Assembly: GCA_963805625.1 (NCBI GenBank)
Contig: CAWDVE010000017.1
Location: forward strand, 768,001-832,000
Direction: 5' to 3'
Origin: an uncultured Candidatus Rokubacteria bacterium
GTDB taxonomy: Bacteria; Methylomirabilota; Methylomirabilia; Rokubacteriales; DASRDR01
Length of the DNA: 64,000 nucleotides
Position 1 is the first letter of the stretch, and the number at the start of each line of letters is the position of its first letter. The notes under the pieces were generated by a model. That model searched no databases. It had not been told where the DNA came from and saw only the letters and a list, made by a program, of their open reading frames with translations. Shown here one piece after another: positions 51,249 to 61,610 of this stretch. The position numbers and the translations under genes are program-made.

Positions 51249-52730
51249 CTAGCCGCCGCCTTGCGGCTTGGCCGTGGGCGCTTTCGGCGGCGTGGTCGGC
51301 GGCGCGCCGGCGCCCGCGGCCGGCGCTGGCGGCGGAGCCGACCCCGGCGTCGCCGCGCCCGCGGCGGGCGGCGTCCCGGCCGGCGAGGCCGCCTCGGGCT
51401 TCACCTGCATGTCCGGCCGCACCTTCTGGAGGCCCTCCACGATCACGCGCTCCCCGCCCTCCAGCCCGCGTGTCACGATGATGAGGTCTCCGATGCGCTC
51501 GTTCAAGGTCACGGTCCGGAGGGCGACCTTGTCTTTCTGGTCCACCACCAGAACGGTCTTCTGCCCCTGGGTCTCCTGGATGGCGCGCTGCGGGACGAGG
51601 ATGGCGTTCTGACGCTCCTCGACCACGGCGCGCACTCGCCCGAACTGCCCCGGCCGCAGTAGCTTTTCCGGATTGGGGAACAGCGCCTCGAAGACGATCG
51701 TGCCCGTCTTGGGGTCGACGGTCCGGTCGAGCGTGGTCACCCGACCCTTGTGAGGGTGGACCGTGCCGTCGGCCAGGATGAGCTCGAGCGCCAGTGACGG
51801 GTCAGTGGACGCCCGCCCGGCCGCCCGCCGGGCGAACCGGAGGTAGTCCACCTCGCTCACGGTCGTGGAAACCTTGATCGGATCAACGGTGGACATCGTG
51901 GCGAGCAACGTCGGCTCACCCCGGCCGACGAGGTTGCCCTCGTCCACGTCGAGCCGCCCGATGATCCCGCTCACCGGGGCGCGGATGGTCGTGTAGGCGA
52001 GATCCAGCTGGGCCTGGGTCACGGCGGCACGGCCCGCCTCGACGGCGGCCTGGGCCTGCTGGATGCCGATCCGCTGGTTCAGCTCGGTGTCCTTGAGGGC
52101 GGCCTGTGCCGCGGCGACCCCGGCGACGGCCACCTGCTCCGCCGCGAGGGCGTTGTCCAGGTCCACCTGCGGCACCGCCTTGGCCTGGGCGAGTGGCTTG
52201 AGCCGTGCGACGTCGAGCTTGGCCTTCGCGAGCGCGGCCTGGCGCTGCTCGAGCTCCGCCTGCGAGCGGAGGACCTCGACCTGCTCCTGGGCCCTGGCCA
52301 GCTCGGCCTGCGCCTTGGCGAGCTGCGCGCGGGCGCTCTGAAGGGCCGCCTCGTACTGGGTCCGCTCGATCTCGAACAGGACTTGCCCTTCCTTGACGTC
52401 CGCGCCCTCCTTGAACCGGACGTGCTCGAGGACCCCCTGGATGCGCGCCCGCAGCTCCACGGTCTGGACCGCGTCGGTCTGCGCCACGAACTCCGCGACG
52501 ATCGGAACAGTCTTCTTGACGACCTCCGCCACGACGACGGCCGGAGGCGGCGGGGCGGGAGCGGCCTCCTTGGCCTTGGTCCGGTCGCAGGTGGTCAGGG
52601 CCGGGAACAGCGCGACGAGCGCCAGCAGGCCGAGCGCGCGACGGGATGATCGGGGTGGCTTGCGACGAATCCGACGGGTCCAGCGAGGCTTGGCGCTCGG
52701 CCTCAGGCGGCGTTCCGTCATCAATGACAT
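51249..52730 (-). CDS. RND periplasmic adaptor (MFP) with long alpha-hairpin
   Basis: VELRARIQG, YTTIRAPVSGIIG, LRPGQFGRV, GERVIVEGLQKV, Pro/Ala-rich tail. Confidence 0.92.
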   Translation of the reverse strand: MSLMTERRLRPSAKPRWTRRIRRKPPRSSRRALGLLALVALFPALTTCDRTKAKEAAPAPPPPAVVVAEVVKKTVPIVAEFVAQTDAVQTVELRARIQGVLEHVRFKEGADVKEGQVLFEIERTQYEAALQSARAQLAKAQAELARAQEQVEVLRSQAELEQRQAALAKAKLDVARLKPLAQAKAVPQVDLDNALAAEQVAVAGVAAAQAALKDTELNQRIGIQQAQAAVEAGRAAVTQAQLDLAYTTIRAPVSGIIGRLDVDEGNLVGRGEPTLLATMSTVDPIKVSTTVSEVDYLRFARRAAGRASTDPSLALELILADGTVHPHKGRVTTLDRTVDPKTGTIVFEALFPNPEKLLRPGQFGRVRAVVEERQNAILVPQRAIQETQGQKTVLVVDQKDKVALRTVTLNERIGDLIIVTRGLEGGERVIVEGLQKVRPDMQVKPEAASPAGTPPAAGAATPGSAPPPAPAAGAGAPPTTPPKAPTAKPQGGG

Positions 52731-52801
52731 CTGTGACCTCGCGATTGCGGTGAGTTGGTCATCGGATACCGACGTCGCGCTCTAAGAAGCGTTAGGGCAA
52801 G

Positions 52802-52816
52802 GCATATCGCGTGCCA
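52802..52816 (-). promoter_or_regulatory. Sigma-54 (-24/-12) promoter of the RND operon
   Basis: Minus strand TGGCACGCGATATGC (TGGCACG-N4-ATGC), about 70 bp upstream of the MFP start. Confidence 0.7.
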
Positions 52817-53392
52817 GCGACACGCGCTCAATCTCCCGCGGGCTTAGCCGGCGTGAGGGGGCAGCTCCCGCTTCTCATCAGTGGGGGCGCTTCCTCCGCA
52901 GACCGTGGTCTTCCATCCCGCATGGCCGTGCCGATCGACCCATGATGGAGCATTCCACGACAAGGGCGGGAAAGCCATCCCCCAGGAACGCCGGCGTCGC
53001 GCCAGGTTCCGCGTCGCCGGGCTCAAGCGCCCTCCACGCTCCCCACACGTGACCGGCCCGGCGGGCTTCGAAGGTCGGCGAGCGTCTGCCGGACCCCGGG
53101 ACCCTCAAGAGCGCTGCGAGCTCCCCGGACCAGGAGGTTTCGCTTCAGAGGGGCCTATTGGCACCAACTCGGGTCGTCAGCCGGCTAGGCAGTCACCACG
53201 GGCGACGGCGCGCCGCCATATCCGACGGCGATTGAGACGGAACACTGGACGAAGGCCGCCCGGCCCCCGGACGGCTATGATGACAGGGCCCTGGCCTGTC
53301 GCGGACGGCCTGGAGCGGCAAGGGCCTCGGTGAGCATCGACGATTGGCCAGCCGGGCCAGCAAGACTCGGATGCGAGGGAGGGGACGCTTCG

Positions 53393-53833
53393 ATGATGGA
53401 CGGTCATCCGGAAGACGGCTGGCGCCGCGCGGTCGAGCGGCTCGAGGCCGCGATGAACACGCTCATGTCGGGCGACGCGAGCGCGATCAAGGCGCTCTAC
53501 TCGCACCGGGACGACGTCACCGCCTTCTTCGGCTGGGGCGGTTACGAGAAGGGCTGGGCCGAGGTGAGCCGGCGATGGGACTGGGCGGCCGCGCAGTTCC
53601 AGGGCGGCGGGCCGGTCCGCTACGAGCACCTCACGGCGGTGACCGCCCCGGGCCTGGCGGTCACGACCCACGTCGAGAGCACTCAGGTCCGGCTCGCCGG
53701 CACCGACCGGCCGACCGAATGGTCGAACCGCGTCACGCACGTGTTCCGCCTCGAGGACGGGGAGTGGCGGCTGGTCCACCGCCATGCGAACCGTCTCGAG
53801 GCGCGCTACGAGCCCGGCACCCGGCTCCGCTGA
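53393..53833 (+). CDS. NTF2/SnoaL-like protein
   Basis: LYSHRDDVT..GWGG...GWAEV, RVTHVFRLEDGEWRLVHRHA. Confidence 0.8.
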   Translation: MMDGHPEDGWRRAVERLEAAMNTLMSGDASAIKALYSHRDDVTAFFGWGGYEKGWAEVSRRWDWAAAQFQGGGPVRYEHLTAVTAPGLAVTTHVESTQVRLAGTDRPTEWSNRVTHVFRLEDGEWRLVHRHANRLEARYEPGTRLR

Positions 53834-53909
53834 CGACGTACGACGAGGATCCCCTGTCCCCGTGCGGGGATCTCTGCCGGGACCTGGTGAGCTTCGCCCG
53901 GGACTTCGG

Positions 53910-54725
53910 CTAGCCTCGCTCGGCGACGACCAGGCGGTAGCCGAGGTCGAGGCTCTCGCGCTCCCGCAAGGCGGCGTGGCGTGCCGCCCAGCGCCCCGAC
54001 CTGCGGTCCTCGGTCAGGCGCGCCACGCCGCGCCGGACGTGCTCGGGATCGAGCAGCGTGAACCCGGAGATGGCGCCGCGGACGGCGGGGTCGAGGTAGC
54101 CCTCCGGCCGGCGCCAGAAGGCGCCGAGGAATCCGTCCTCGCAGTCGTGGGGAATCGGCACCGGAATCGCGCGGAGCGCTCCCAGGCTCCGTTCGAGCGC
54201 GGCCATCGACGGGAATCGCGGGCGATCGAGATCTAGGATCCCGGGAAAGTACTCCGAGGTGAGCCAGAACTCGCCGAGGGAGCCCGGGTCCCACGTGACG
54301 ATGACGACGCGCCGGCACGCGACCCGGCGGAGCTGCGCCAGGCTCGCTGACTGATCCGTCCAGTGGTGGATGGTGAGGACGGCGAGGCTGGCGTCGGCGG
54401 CCCTGTCGCGGAAGGGCAGATGCTCGGCGACCCCCCGGATGCATGGGGCGGCGCCCGAGGGGCGCTGCCCGATCATCGCCTGTGACGGCTCCACGGCGAC
54501 GACGCGACGGTCGCGCGGCTCGTAGGAGCCGGTCCCTGCGCCGACGTTGATGACCGTCCGGGCATCGCCGAGCGCCGAGCCGATGGCGGCGGCGATCCGG
54601 GGGTCGGGCCGGCGGGCTCCAGCATAGCCGCTGCCGATGCGATCGTAGACGGGCGATGCGCCGGTCAGAGGGCGCCCGTCACGACGGGACTCGTCGTCGG
54701 CGATCGCGTTTCCCTCGGGTTCCAT
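53910..54725 (-). CDS. Class I SAM-dependent methyltransferase
   Basis: YDRIGSGY...RRPDPRI, VINVGAGTGSY, AEHLPF, LTIHHW. Confidence 0.88.
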   Translation of the reverse strand: MEPEGNAIADDESRRDGRPLTGASPVYDRIGSGYAGARRPDPRIAAAIGSALGDARTVINVGAGTGSYEPRDRRVVAVEPSQAMIGQRPSGAAPCIRGVAEHLPFRDRAADASLAVLTIHHWTDQSASLAQLRRVACRRVVIVTWDPGSLGEFWLTSEYFPGILDLDRPRFPSMAALERSLGALRAIPVPIPHDCEDGFLGAFWRRPEGYLDPAVRGAISGFTLLDPEHVRRGVARLTEDRRSGRWAARHAALRERESLDLGYRLVVAERG

Positions 54726-54809
54726 CGCGGCCCATCGTGCCCCATCGTGCCATGGGTCGGCCCGTCAGTGGGCGCGGGGCCCGCTCGCCTGTGGCAGAGT
54801 GCAGGCGAC

Positions 54810-55325
54810 ATGGCGAGGGTGCTCCCCGTGGTCGTTCTCCCCTGGCTGTTCTGGGGCTTCGCCGCCCCGGAATCTCTTGCGGCCGGGAGGGCGGGTCCGA
54901 CCGACATCGTCCGCGTCGACGACTACATCGGCGCGCCGCGCGTCCTCTTCGGACGGACCGGCGCCGAGGTGGAGCGCGCCCTCGGCCCGCCGCTCCAGAG
55001 GGAGGCGGGCGCGGTGTCAACGTACCGGGATCCGGCCGTCTTCCGCCCCACGCAGCGGCTGTCCTACCCGGGGCTCGTGATCGATGTGCTGGACAGCGGA
55101 CGCATCCGGCGCGTCCGGATCGGGGCGCCGGGCCAGGGCTTTCCCTTCGGGCTCGACGTCGGGAGCCTGCGCGAGGAAGTGGAGCGCGTCCTTGGCGAGC
55201 CGCAGGAGGCCGCGGACGGCCACCTCATGTACCTCTACTCCGACGGCTACCCGGACACGGTGCACTTCCACCTGCGGGACGGCCGCGTCCGCGGGATCGA
55301 GTGGAACTTCGGCTCCGCCGAGTGA
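54810..55325 (+). CDS. Exported hypothetical protein
   Basis: Signal-like N-terminus and two EVERxLGxP repeats; codon pattern like neighbouring genes. Confidence 0.6.
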   Translation: MARVLPVVVLPWLFWGFAAPESLAAGRAGPTDIVRVDDYIGAPRVLFGRTGAEVERALGPPLQREAGAVSTYRDPAVFRPTQRLSYPGLVIDVLDSGRIRRVRIGAPGQGFPFGLDVGSLREEVERVLGEPQEAADGHLMYLYSDGYPDTVHFHLRDGRVRGIEWNFGSAE

Positions 55326-55331
55326 GGCACC

Positions 55332-55451
55332 GGGGTCAGACTTTGACTTCTTAACAATTCGTCGGGCACCGGCGGTCGGCGCCCCCGCGACCGACCGACC
55401 GTCAGTTCGTCGATGCCGGGGCAGTTGTTTAGAAGTCAAAGTCTGGACCCC
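55332..55451. repeat. 120-bp element bounded by about 26-bp inverted repeats (REPIN- or MITE-like)
   Basis: Left GGGGTCAGACTTTGACTTCTTAACAA (55332-55357); right TTGTTTAGAAGTCAAAGTCTGGACCCC (55425-55451), whose reverse complement is GGGGTCCAGACTTTGACTTCTAAACAA. Confidence 0.8.
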
Positions 55452-55465
55452 AGGAGGAGGGTGCG

Positions 55466-56653
55466 ATGGCAGGAGAGCGGCCGCGGGTGCGCGTGGGCTT
55501 GGCGGGGGCGGGATTCGTGGCCCGGATCCACGCCGAGGCCTACCGGCACGTCCGGGGGATCGACGTCGAGCTCCGCTGGGTGACGGCCCGCCGGCCGGAG
55601 CGGGCGCGGGCCTTCGCCGAGGAGTTCGGCGTGCGGCGTGTGGCCGACGACGTCCGGCGAATCCTCGACGATCCGGAGGTGGACCTCCTGGACCTCTGCG
55701 TGCCCAACGCCGTTCACGCCTCCATCGGCCTCGAGGCCGCGCGGGCGGGGAAGCACGTCATCGTCGAGAAGCCCCTCACGGGGTTCTTCGGCGATCCGGC
55801 GACACCCCGCCCCGAGATGCTCCGCGCGGCCCTCGCCTCGGCCGACGCGCTGATCGATGCCTGCCGCATGGCGGGCGTGCGCCTCTGCTACGCCGAGAAC
55901 TGGGTCTACGCGCCGCCGATCCAGAAGGCGCGCCGGCTCCTCGCGGCGGCGGGCGGGCCGATTCTTCGGCTCGTGGGCGAGGAGAGCCACTCGGGAACCC
56001 ACGCGCCCGCGAACAAGCGGTGGGTGACGGCCGGCGGCGGCTCGCTTCTCGGCAAGGGCTGCCATCCGCTCGGCGGCATCCTCTATCTCAAGGCGGACGA
56101 GGGCCTGCGGCTCCGCGGCCGTCCGGTCCGGCCCGTCTCGGTCCTGGCCGAGGTCGCCCAGCTCACCGACATCGAGGCGTTCCGCGGCGCCGCGCCCCGC
56201 TACCTCAACACCGTCGAGGGCGCGGACGTCGAGGACTGGGGCGGCATGCTCGTCCGCTTCGACGACGGCACGGTCGCCCAGGTCTCCGCCGCCGACGTCG
56301 TGCTCGGCGGGATTCGGAACCAGCTCCAGGTCTACGCCGCGAAGGCCGTGATCTTCTGCAACATGAACCCCAACGACGCCGTCCAGGCCTACGCACCCGA
56401 CCCGGCCGTCTTCGGCGCCGAGTACATCACCGAGAAGATCGAGACCAAGGCGGGGTGGACGTTCCCTCAGCCGGACGAGGACTGGATGACCGGGTACCCC
56501 GGGGAGCTCCAGGACTTCGTCGAGAGCGTGGCGCTCGGCCGCGAGCCGCTGTCCGGCGGTCCCCTCGCGCGGGACGTCCTCGCCGTCATCTACGGTGCCT
56601 ACTTGTCAGCCGCGGAGGGCCGGCGGGTCGAGCTCGGCGCCTATCTCCGCTGA
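55466..56653 (+). CDS. Gfo/Idh/MocA family oxidoreductase
   Basis: AGGAGG RBS, VGLAGAGFVARIH, AGKHVIVEKP, GGGSL..GCHP. Confidence 0.9.
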   Translation: MAGERPRVRVGLAGAGFVARIHAEAYRHVRGIDVELRWVTARRPERARAFAEEFGVRRVADDVRRILDDPEVDLLDLCVPNAVHASIGLEAARAGKHVIVEKPLTGFFGDPATPRPEMLRAALASADALIDACRMAGVRLCYAENWVYAPPIQKARRLLAAAGGPILRLVGEESHSGTHAPANKRWVTAGGGSLLGKGCHPLGGILYLKADEGLRLRGRPVRPVSVLAEVAQLTDIEAFRGAAPRYLNTVEGADVEDWGGMLVRFDDGTVAQVSAADVVLGGIRNQLQVYAAKAVIFCNMNPNDAVQAYAPDPAVFGAEYITEKIETKAGWTFPQPDEDWMTGYPGELQDFVESVALGREPLSGGPLARDVLAVIYGAYLSAAEGRRVELGAYLR

Positions 56654-56854
56654 GCAGGGGCCTCCCTGGGAGCTGGGGCTCCGCGACGGACGAGTCGAGG
56701 CCCGGCGGTGAGGCGGACCCGGCACCGGTCGTGACCAGCGGTCTCGCCGGCCCCGCCCCGCCGCCGTCGCCGGGACCGGTTGACCCGGAGCGGGTGGACC
56801 GGATAGGGTCAATTGGATAAGCGACCCACCCCGCATGCGAAGGAGACGGCGAGC

Positions 56855-58735
56855 ATGGCTGCTGTGACGGCGAAGATCCTGCACGTGGACCTCAGCACCC
56901 GGACGACACGCGTCGAGGAGATTCCCGAGCCGGTCCTGCGACGGCACCTCGGCGGCGGAGGCCTGGCCGCCTATCTTCTGCTCCGCGACATGCCGCCGGG
57001 CGTCGATCCGCTCGGGCCCGACAACGTGCTGGTCTTCACGACCAGCATCATCAACGGGCTGTCGCTCTCGGGCACGAATCGCTACACGGCGGCGGCGAAG
57101 TCACCGCTGACCGGCGGGTACGGGGAGTCGGAGGCCGGCGGATGGTGGGCGCCGGAGCTCCGTGCGGCCGGCTACGACGGGATCACCGTGCGAGGACGCG
57201 CCGACTCCCCGGTCTACCTCTGGATCAAGGACGGCCAGGTCGAGTTCCGTGACGCCCGGCCGTACTGGGGGAAGCTCTCCGGCGAGGTGCAGGAAGGGAT
57301 CGAGCAAGAGCTCGGCGACAAGCGCATCCGCGTCCTCCAGACCGGCATCTCCGGCGAGCGCGGCGTCCGCTTCGCGGCAATCGTCAACCAGCTGAAACAC
57401 TTCCACGGCCGGTGCGGGCTCGGCGCCGTCATGGGCGCGAAGAACCTGAAGGCCATCGCGGTCCGGGGCTCGAAGGTCAACGCGCCGGTCGACAAGGTCG
57501 GGGCCAAGTCCACGCTCACCTTCTTCAAGGAGCACTACGACCGCGCCCGTGACCGCTTCCACCAGACGGGAACGGCGGGCGGCCTCCTGAACCTCGAGGC
57601 GAGCGGGATCCTGCCGACCCGGAATTTCCGCGACGGCTCCTTCGAGCACGCCAAGGCGATCAGCGGCCAGAAGATGGCGGAGACCATCCTCGTCAACCGC
57701 GGGACCTGCTACGCCTGCATGGTGGCGTGCAAGCGGGAGGTCGAGGTGAAGGAGCTCGGGGTGTCGCCGCGGTTCGGCGGGCCCGAGTACGAGTCGCTCG
57801 CGGCCACCGGATCGCTCTGCGGGGTCGGCGACCTCAACGCGCTCGCCAAGATCAACCAGCTCCTGGCGCAGTACGTGCTCGACTCGATCTCGACCGGGGT
57901 CGCCATCGCCTTCGCGATGGAGTGCTACGAGCACGGCATCATCACCAAGGCCGACACGGGCGGGGTCGAGCTCGTCTGGGGCAGCGCCGAGGCGGTGGAG
58001 CAGATGGTTCACCTGATCGGCCGCCGGGAAGGGATCGGCGAGCTCCTGGGCGAAGGCGTCAAGCGGGCCGCGGAGCGGCTCGGCCGCGGCAGCGAGCGGT
58101 TCGCGATGCACGTCAAGGGGCAGGAGCTCCCGATGCACGACCCGCGCGGCAAGAAGAGCCTGGCGCTCGCGTACGCCCTCTCGCCCACCGGGGCGGATCA
58201 CATGGAGGCGCCTCACGACCCGCTCTACGAGGGGTTCCATCCCGATGGCCATCCCCTCGGAGGGCTCGGCCTCATCGAGCCGGTGAAGATGCTGGACTTC
58301 GGGCCGCGCAAGGTGCGGGCGTACTACTACACGCAGCAGGTCTGGAGCTTCTACAACTCGGTCGGCATGTGCGACTTCGTGGGAACGCCGCTCAACGCGC
58401 TGGGGCTCGAGCAGTTCATCGGCTACGTGAACAGCGTCACCGGCTGGAACATGAGCCTCTACGAGCTGATGAAGGTGGGCGAGCGGTCGAACACGCTGGC
58501 GCGCCTCTTCAACTGCCGCGAGGGCTTCACGCCCGCCGACGACGTGCTGCCCGCGCGCATGCACGAGGGGATCGGCAACGGGGCGCTCAAGGGCGAGCGG
58601 GTCGATCCCGACCAGTTCCTGGCCGCCCGTCGCCTCTACTACGAGATGGCGGGGTGGGACGGGGAGACCGGCCAGCCGACGGCGGCGCGGCTGGCCGAGC
58701 TCGAGGTGGACACGTCGGTCTTCCAGACCGCCTGA
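56855..58735 (+). CDS. Aldehyde:ferredoxin oxidoreductase family (tungsten/molybdenum AOR)
   Basis: KILHVDLS, AKSPLTG, GRCGLGAVMGAKNLKAI, CYACMVAC, GPEYE, DSISTG, HVKGQELPMHDPR. Confidence 0.92.
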   Translation: MAAVTAKILHVDLSTRTTRVEEIPEPVLRRHLGGGGLAAYLLLRDMPPGVDPLGPDNVLVFTTSIINGLSLSGTNRYTAAAKSPLTGGYGESEAGGWWAPELRAAGYDGITVRGRADSPVYLWIKDGQVEFRDARPYWGKLSGEVQEGIEQELGDKRIRVLQTGISGERGVRFAAIVNQLKHFHGRCGLGAVMGAKNLKAIAVRGSKVNAPVDKVGAKSTLTFFKEHYDRARDRFHQTGTAGGLLNLEASGILPTRNFRDGSFEHAKAISGQKMAETILVNRGTCYACMVACKREVEVKELGVSPRFGGPEYESLAATGSLCGVGDLNALAKINQLLAQYVLDSISTGVAIAFAMECYEHGIITKADTGGVELVWGSAEAVEQMVHLIGRREGIGELLGEGVKRAAERLGRGSERFAMHVKGQELPMHDPRGKKSLALAYALSPTGADHMEAPHDPLYEGFHPDGHPLGGLGLIEPVKMLDFGPRKVRAYYYTQQVWSFYNSVGMCDFVGTPLNALGLEQFIGYVNSVTGWNMSLYELMKVGERSNTLARLFNCREGFTPADDVLPARMHEGIGNGALKGERVDPDQFLAARRLYYEMAGWDGETGQPTAARLAELEVDTSVFQTA

Positions 58736-58817
58736 GTCCGGCCCGGGCCGTGACGCGAGGGGTCGCGGCGCACGCCGCGGCCCCTTCGTCATCTCCGGCC
58801 ACGAGGGGGCCCGAGTA

Positions 58818-61511
58818 GTGCCCGGGTCGCGATCGGGTCCGGCGCTCCTCGGGCTCGCGGTGCTGGCGACGGTGGGCATCCTGATCCGCGCCGGCGCGGC
58901 CTCCACGACCCTCATCTGGTTTGACGAGGCCACGATGGGCCTCATGGGCCGGGACGTCCTTTACGGCCAGTTCCCGTTCTTCTTCTACGGGCAGCCCTTC
59001 ATGGGGGCGGTCGACGGCTATGTCCACGCCGTCTCGTTCGCCGTCCTCGGGGAGTCGGTGGCGACACTCCGCGTCTCCGCGGTGCTCGTGACGCTGGGGC
59101 ACGTCCTGGTGGTGGCGCTCCTGGCGCACCGCGTCTTCCGCGCCGGCTGGTGGGCTGTGACACTGGCTCTCATACCCACGCCGTATCTGCTCAAGTGGGC
59201 CGACGACGCCCGGCTCGTGTACAGCCTCCTCCTCGTCCTCACGCCGCTCTGCATGGTCCTCGCACTCGGTGTGGCGCAGGAGCGCCGGTCGCCGGCCAGC
59301 CGGACGCGGGCGCTGCTCATCCTGGCGTTCGTCGCAGGCCTGTGCTGGTGGATCAATCTTCTCTTCGCCCCCGTGCTCGCGGCGTGTGCGCTGGCTCTGG
59401 GGATTCGACGGCCACGGGTTGGCCGGGAGGCTCTCCTGGCCCCGGTCGCGTTCCTCCTCGGTAGCGCACCAGTCTGGCTGTTTGCCGCAATCTATGCACG
59501 CTTACCCATCGTGTCGGTGCCGCTCGCCGCACCGAGGCAGATCGCGTATCACGTGCGCGACCTGCTGGCGAACGCGCTCCCGCTCGTGGCGGGGGTGCCC
59601 GACGCCCTGCTGGCCGCGCGGCCTGTCGGGATCGCGGCCGTGGTGATCGTGGGGCTCGGCTTGGTCCTGGCACTCGGTGATCCTCGCGGCGATCGTATCG
59701 GCCGGCTGCTGCTCGGGCTGGCGACCGCCATCTCCCTGGCCACGGTCCTCATCACGGAGCGGGGTCAGGCCCTAGCTACCGAGGACCCGCGCTACCTCCT
59801 GCCGATCCTGGCGATCCTGCCGGTGCTCCTGGGAGGTGCGCTGGCCCGGGTGGCTCGCGCCTCCCCGGCGTGGGCCGGCGCCGCGGCCGTGGGGCTGATC
59901 GTCGCCCACGCCGCGGGCGTCGCGACGACGTATCCGGCGCTCCGGTCGGCCGGCGCCTGGCGAGCGTCGCGCGCCGCGCTGGCTCGCCGCGACGCCGTCG
60001 CCGATATGCTGGCCGCGCGTGGCCTCGCGGCCGTCTACACGCACGACCCGGACGTGATCAGCTTCATGAGCGGCGGGCGGGTGACGGTCTCCCACTTCTA
60101 CCTGGCCGACGACCCGATCCGGGCCGCACGGGTCGATGCGGCGTCACGCGTGGCGTACCTGGCGCCCGAGCGCATCCCGACAGGCTTCGTGGAGAGCCTG
60201 GCCGCGGCAGGGATCCGCTTCGAGCGGGAGGCCACGCCCCTCGGGCCGCTCTTCACGGGGTTCCGGCTCGAGCCCACAGCGTTCCGCGAGATTCCGCCGG
60301 CTGGATGGACTGCCACCGCGTCGCTCCGGCCCGAGTTAGCGGGTCACGCGATCGACCGGGACGCCGGGACGCGATGGCGGACCACGGGGCGGCCGGCTGA
60401 CGCCTGGCTCCAGGTCGACCTCGGACGCGTCCATCCAGTTGCCATGGTGGCGTGGCTGCCGGGCAGCTATCAGGAGGTGCCTCTCGGGTTTCGGCTCGAC
60501 ACCTCCACCGACGGCGCCCGGTGGACCGTCGCCCGGGAGGTGCCGGCCTACTACGGGCCGCTCTACTGGGCGGCCGGGCATCCGATGGGACGCGTGCGCT
60601 GGGGACGGGTGGAGGCGCGCTTCCCGGTCAGGCCCGCGCGCTACGTGCGGCTGACGCATCTCGGCCGCGACGAGCGCTTCCCGTGGACGGTCCGCGAGCT
60701 GTTCGTCTACGAGGCCGGCGATCCGACGGGCGCGCTCGCGGCCGACGCGCGCGCGGCGGCCGGAGCGCTCCTCGCGATGGGCGCCCGGCGCGTCTACGCG
60801 GACCACGGGGACGGGCCGCACCTCGTCGAGGCGGCTGGCGAGGAGCTCCTCGCGCTGCCGGACAACGTCCGGGTGGACCGCTATGGCCTGGTGCCGCCGC
60901 TGGAGCGCCTTCCGTTCCTCGTCCCGGCGCCAGGCGCGGCGATCGCGTACCCGGCGGGGACGCCGTCGGGGCCATCGATCGAGGCCGCGCTCCGGGCCGC
61001 CGGCGTCGGCTTCGCTGCCGCCGACGTGGGCGGCTACCGGCTCCTCGGCCGGCTCGAGCCGCCGGCCCTGCCGGGTCGCATCGCGCGCGCCGCGCCCGCC
61101 AGGGTGACGGCGGAGCCCGCCGCGGGCGATCCGCGCGCCGCCACGGACGGGCGCGTGGAGACGCGCTGGTCGACCCGAGCGCCGCAGGCCCCCGGTCAGT
61201 GGCTCCAGGTCGAGCTCGACGCTCCGACCGAACTGTGCGGGCTCGAGCTGGACCTCGGGGGCGCCGCGTTCGAGTACCCCCGCGGCCTCGCGGTTCGGGT
61301 GGCGCGCGACGCGGACTGGGAGGACATCGGAGTGACCATCCGCTTGGTGGGCCCGCTCGTGTGGACGGGCACGCACGTCCTGCGGGCAGGGGTCGAGCGC
61401 GTGGTCGCGAGCTTTCCCCCGACCCGGGTGCGCGCGCTGCGGGTCGTCCAGACGGGACAGGACACGTTCTACCCGTGGTCGGTCGCGGAGCTGCGGCTGC
61501 TCGCGCCCTGA
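58818..61511 (+). CDS. GT-C (PMT/ArnT-like) membrane glycosyltransferase with two discoidin (F5/8 type C) domains
   Basis: FDEATMGLM...FFYGQPFMG, many TM helices, PRYLLP, then AIDRDAGTRW...WLQVDLG and ATDGRVETRW...WLQVELD. Confidence 0.72.
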   Translation: MPGSRSGPALLGLAVLATVGILIRAGAASTTLIWFDEATMGLMGRDVLYGQFPFFFYGQPFMGAVDGYVHAVSFAVLGESVATLRVSAVLVTLGHVLVVALLAHRVFRAGWWAVTLALIPTPYLLKWADDARLVYSLLLVLTPLCMVLALGVAQERRSPASRTRALLILAFVAGLCWWINLLFAPVLAACALALGIRRPRVGREALLAPVAFLLGSAPVWLFAAIYARLPIVSVPLAAPRQIAYHVRDLLANALPLVAGVPDALLAARPVGIAAVVIVGLGLVLALGDPRGDRIGRLLLGLATAISLATVLITERGQALATEDPRYLLPILAILPVLLGGALARVARASPAWAGAAAVGLIVAHAAGVATTYPALRSAGAWRASRAALARRDAVADMLAARGLAAVYTHDPDVISFMSGGRVTVSHFYLADDPIRAARVDAASRVAYLAPERIPTGFVESLAAAGIRFEREATPLGPLFTGFRLEPTAFREIPPAGWTATASLRPELAGHAIDRDAGTRWRTTGRPADAWLQVDLGRVHPVAMVAWLPGSYQEVPLGFRLDTSTDGARWTVAREVPAYYGPLYWAAGHPMGRVRWGRVEARFPVRPARYVRLTHLGRDERFPWTVRELFVYEAGDPTGALAADARAAAGALLAMGARRVYADHGDGPHLVEAAGEELLALPDNVRVDRYGLVPPLERLPFLVPAPGAAIAYPAGTPSGPSIEAALRAAGVGFAAADVGGYRLLGRLEPPALPGRIARAAPARVTAEPAAGDPRAATDGRVETRWSTRAPQAPGQWLQVELDAPTELCGLELDLGGAAFEYPRGLAVRVARDADWEDIGVTIRLVGPLVWTGTHVLRAGVERVVASFPPTRVRALRVVQTGQDTFYPWSVAELRLLAP

Positions 61512-61610
61512 CGACGTGGGACAATGGCGCGCGCGGGCCGAGCCTCACGCCCGGCATCGGTCGTGCGCCGGGCGAATGGGCTCGCGTGCTCGTGGAAGGA
61601 GGGCGTTGCC

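Noticed and set aside
52850-53330. Short ORFs in the spacer at the apparent region boundary, and a possible attachment site
   Set aside because: No protein motifs, tRNA, integrase or direct repeat could be identified.
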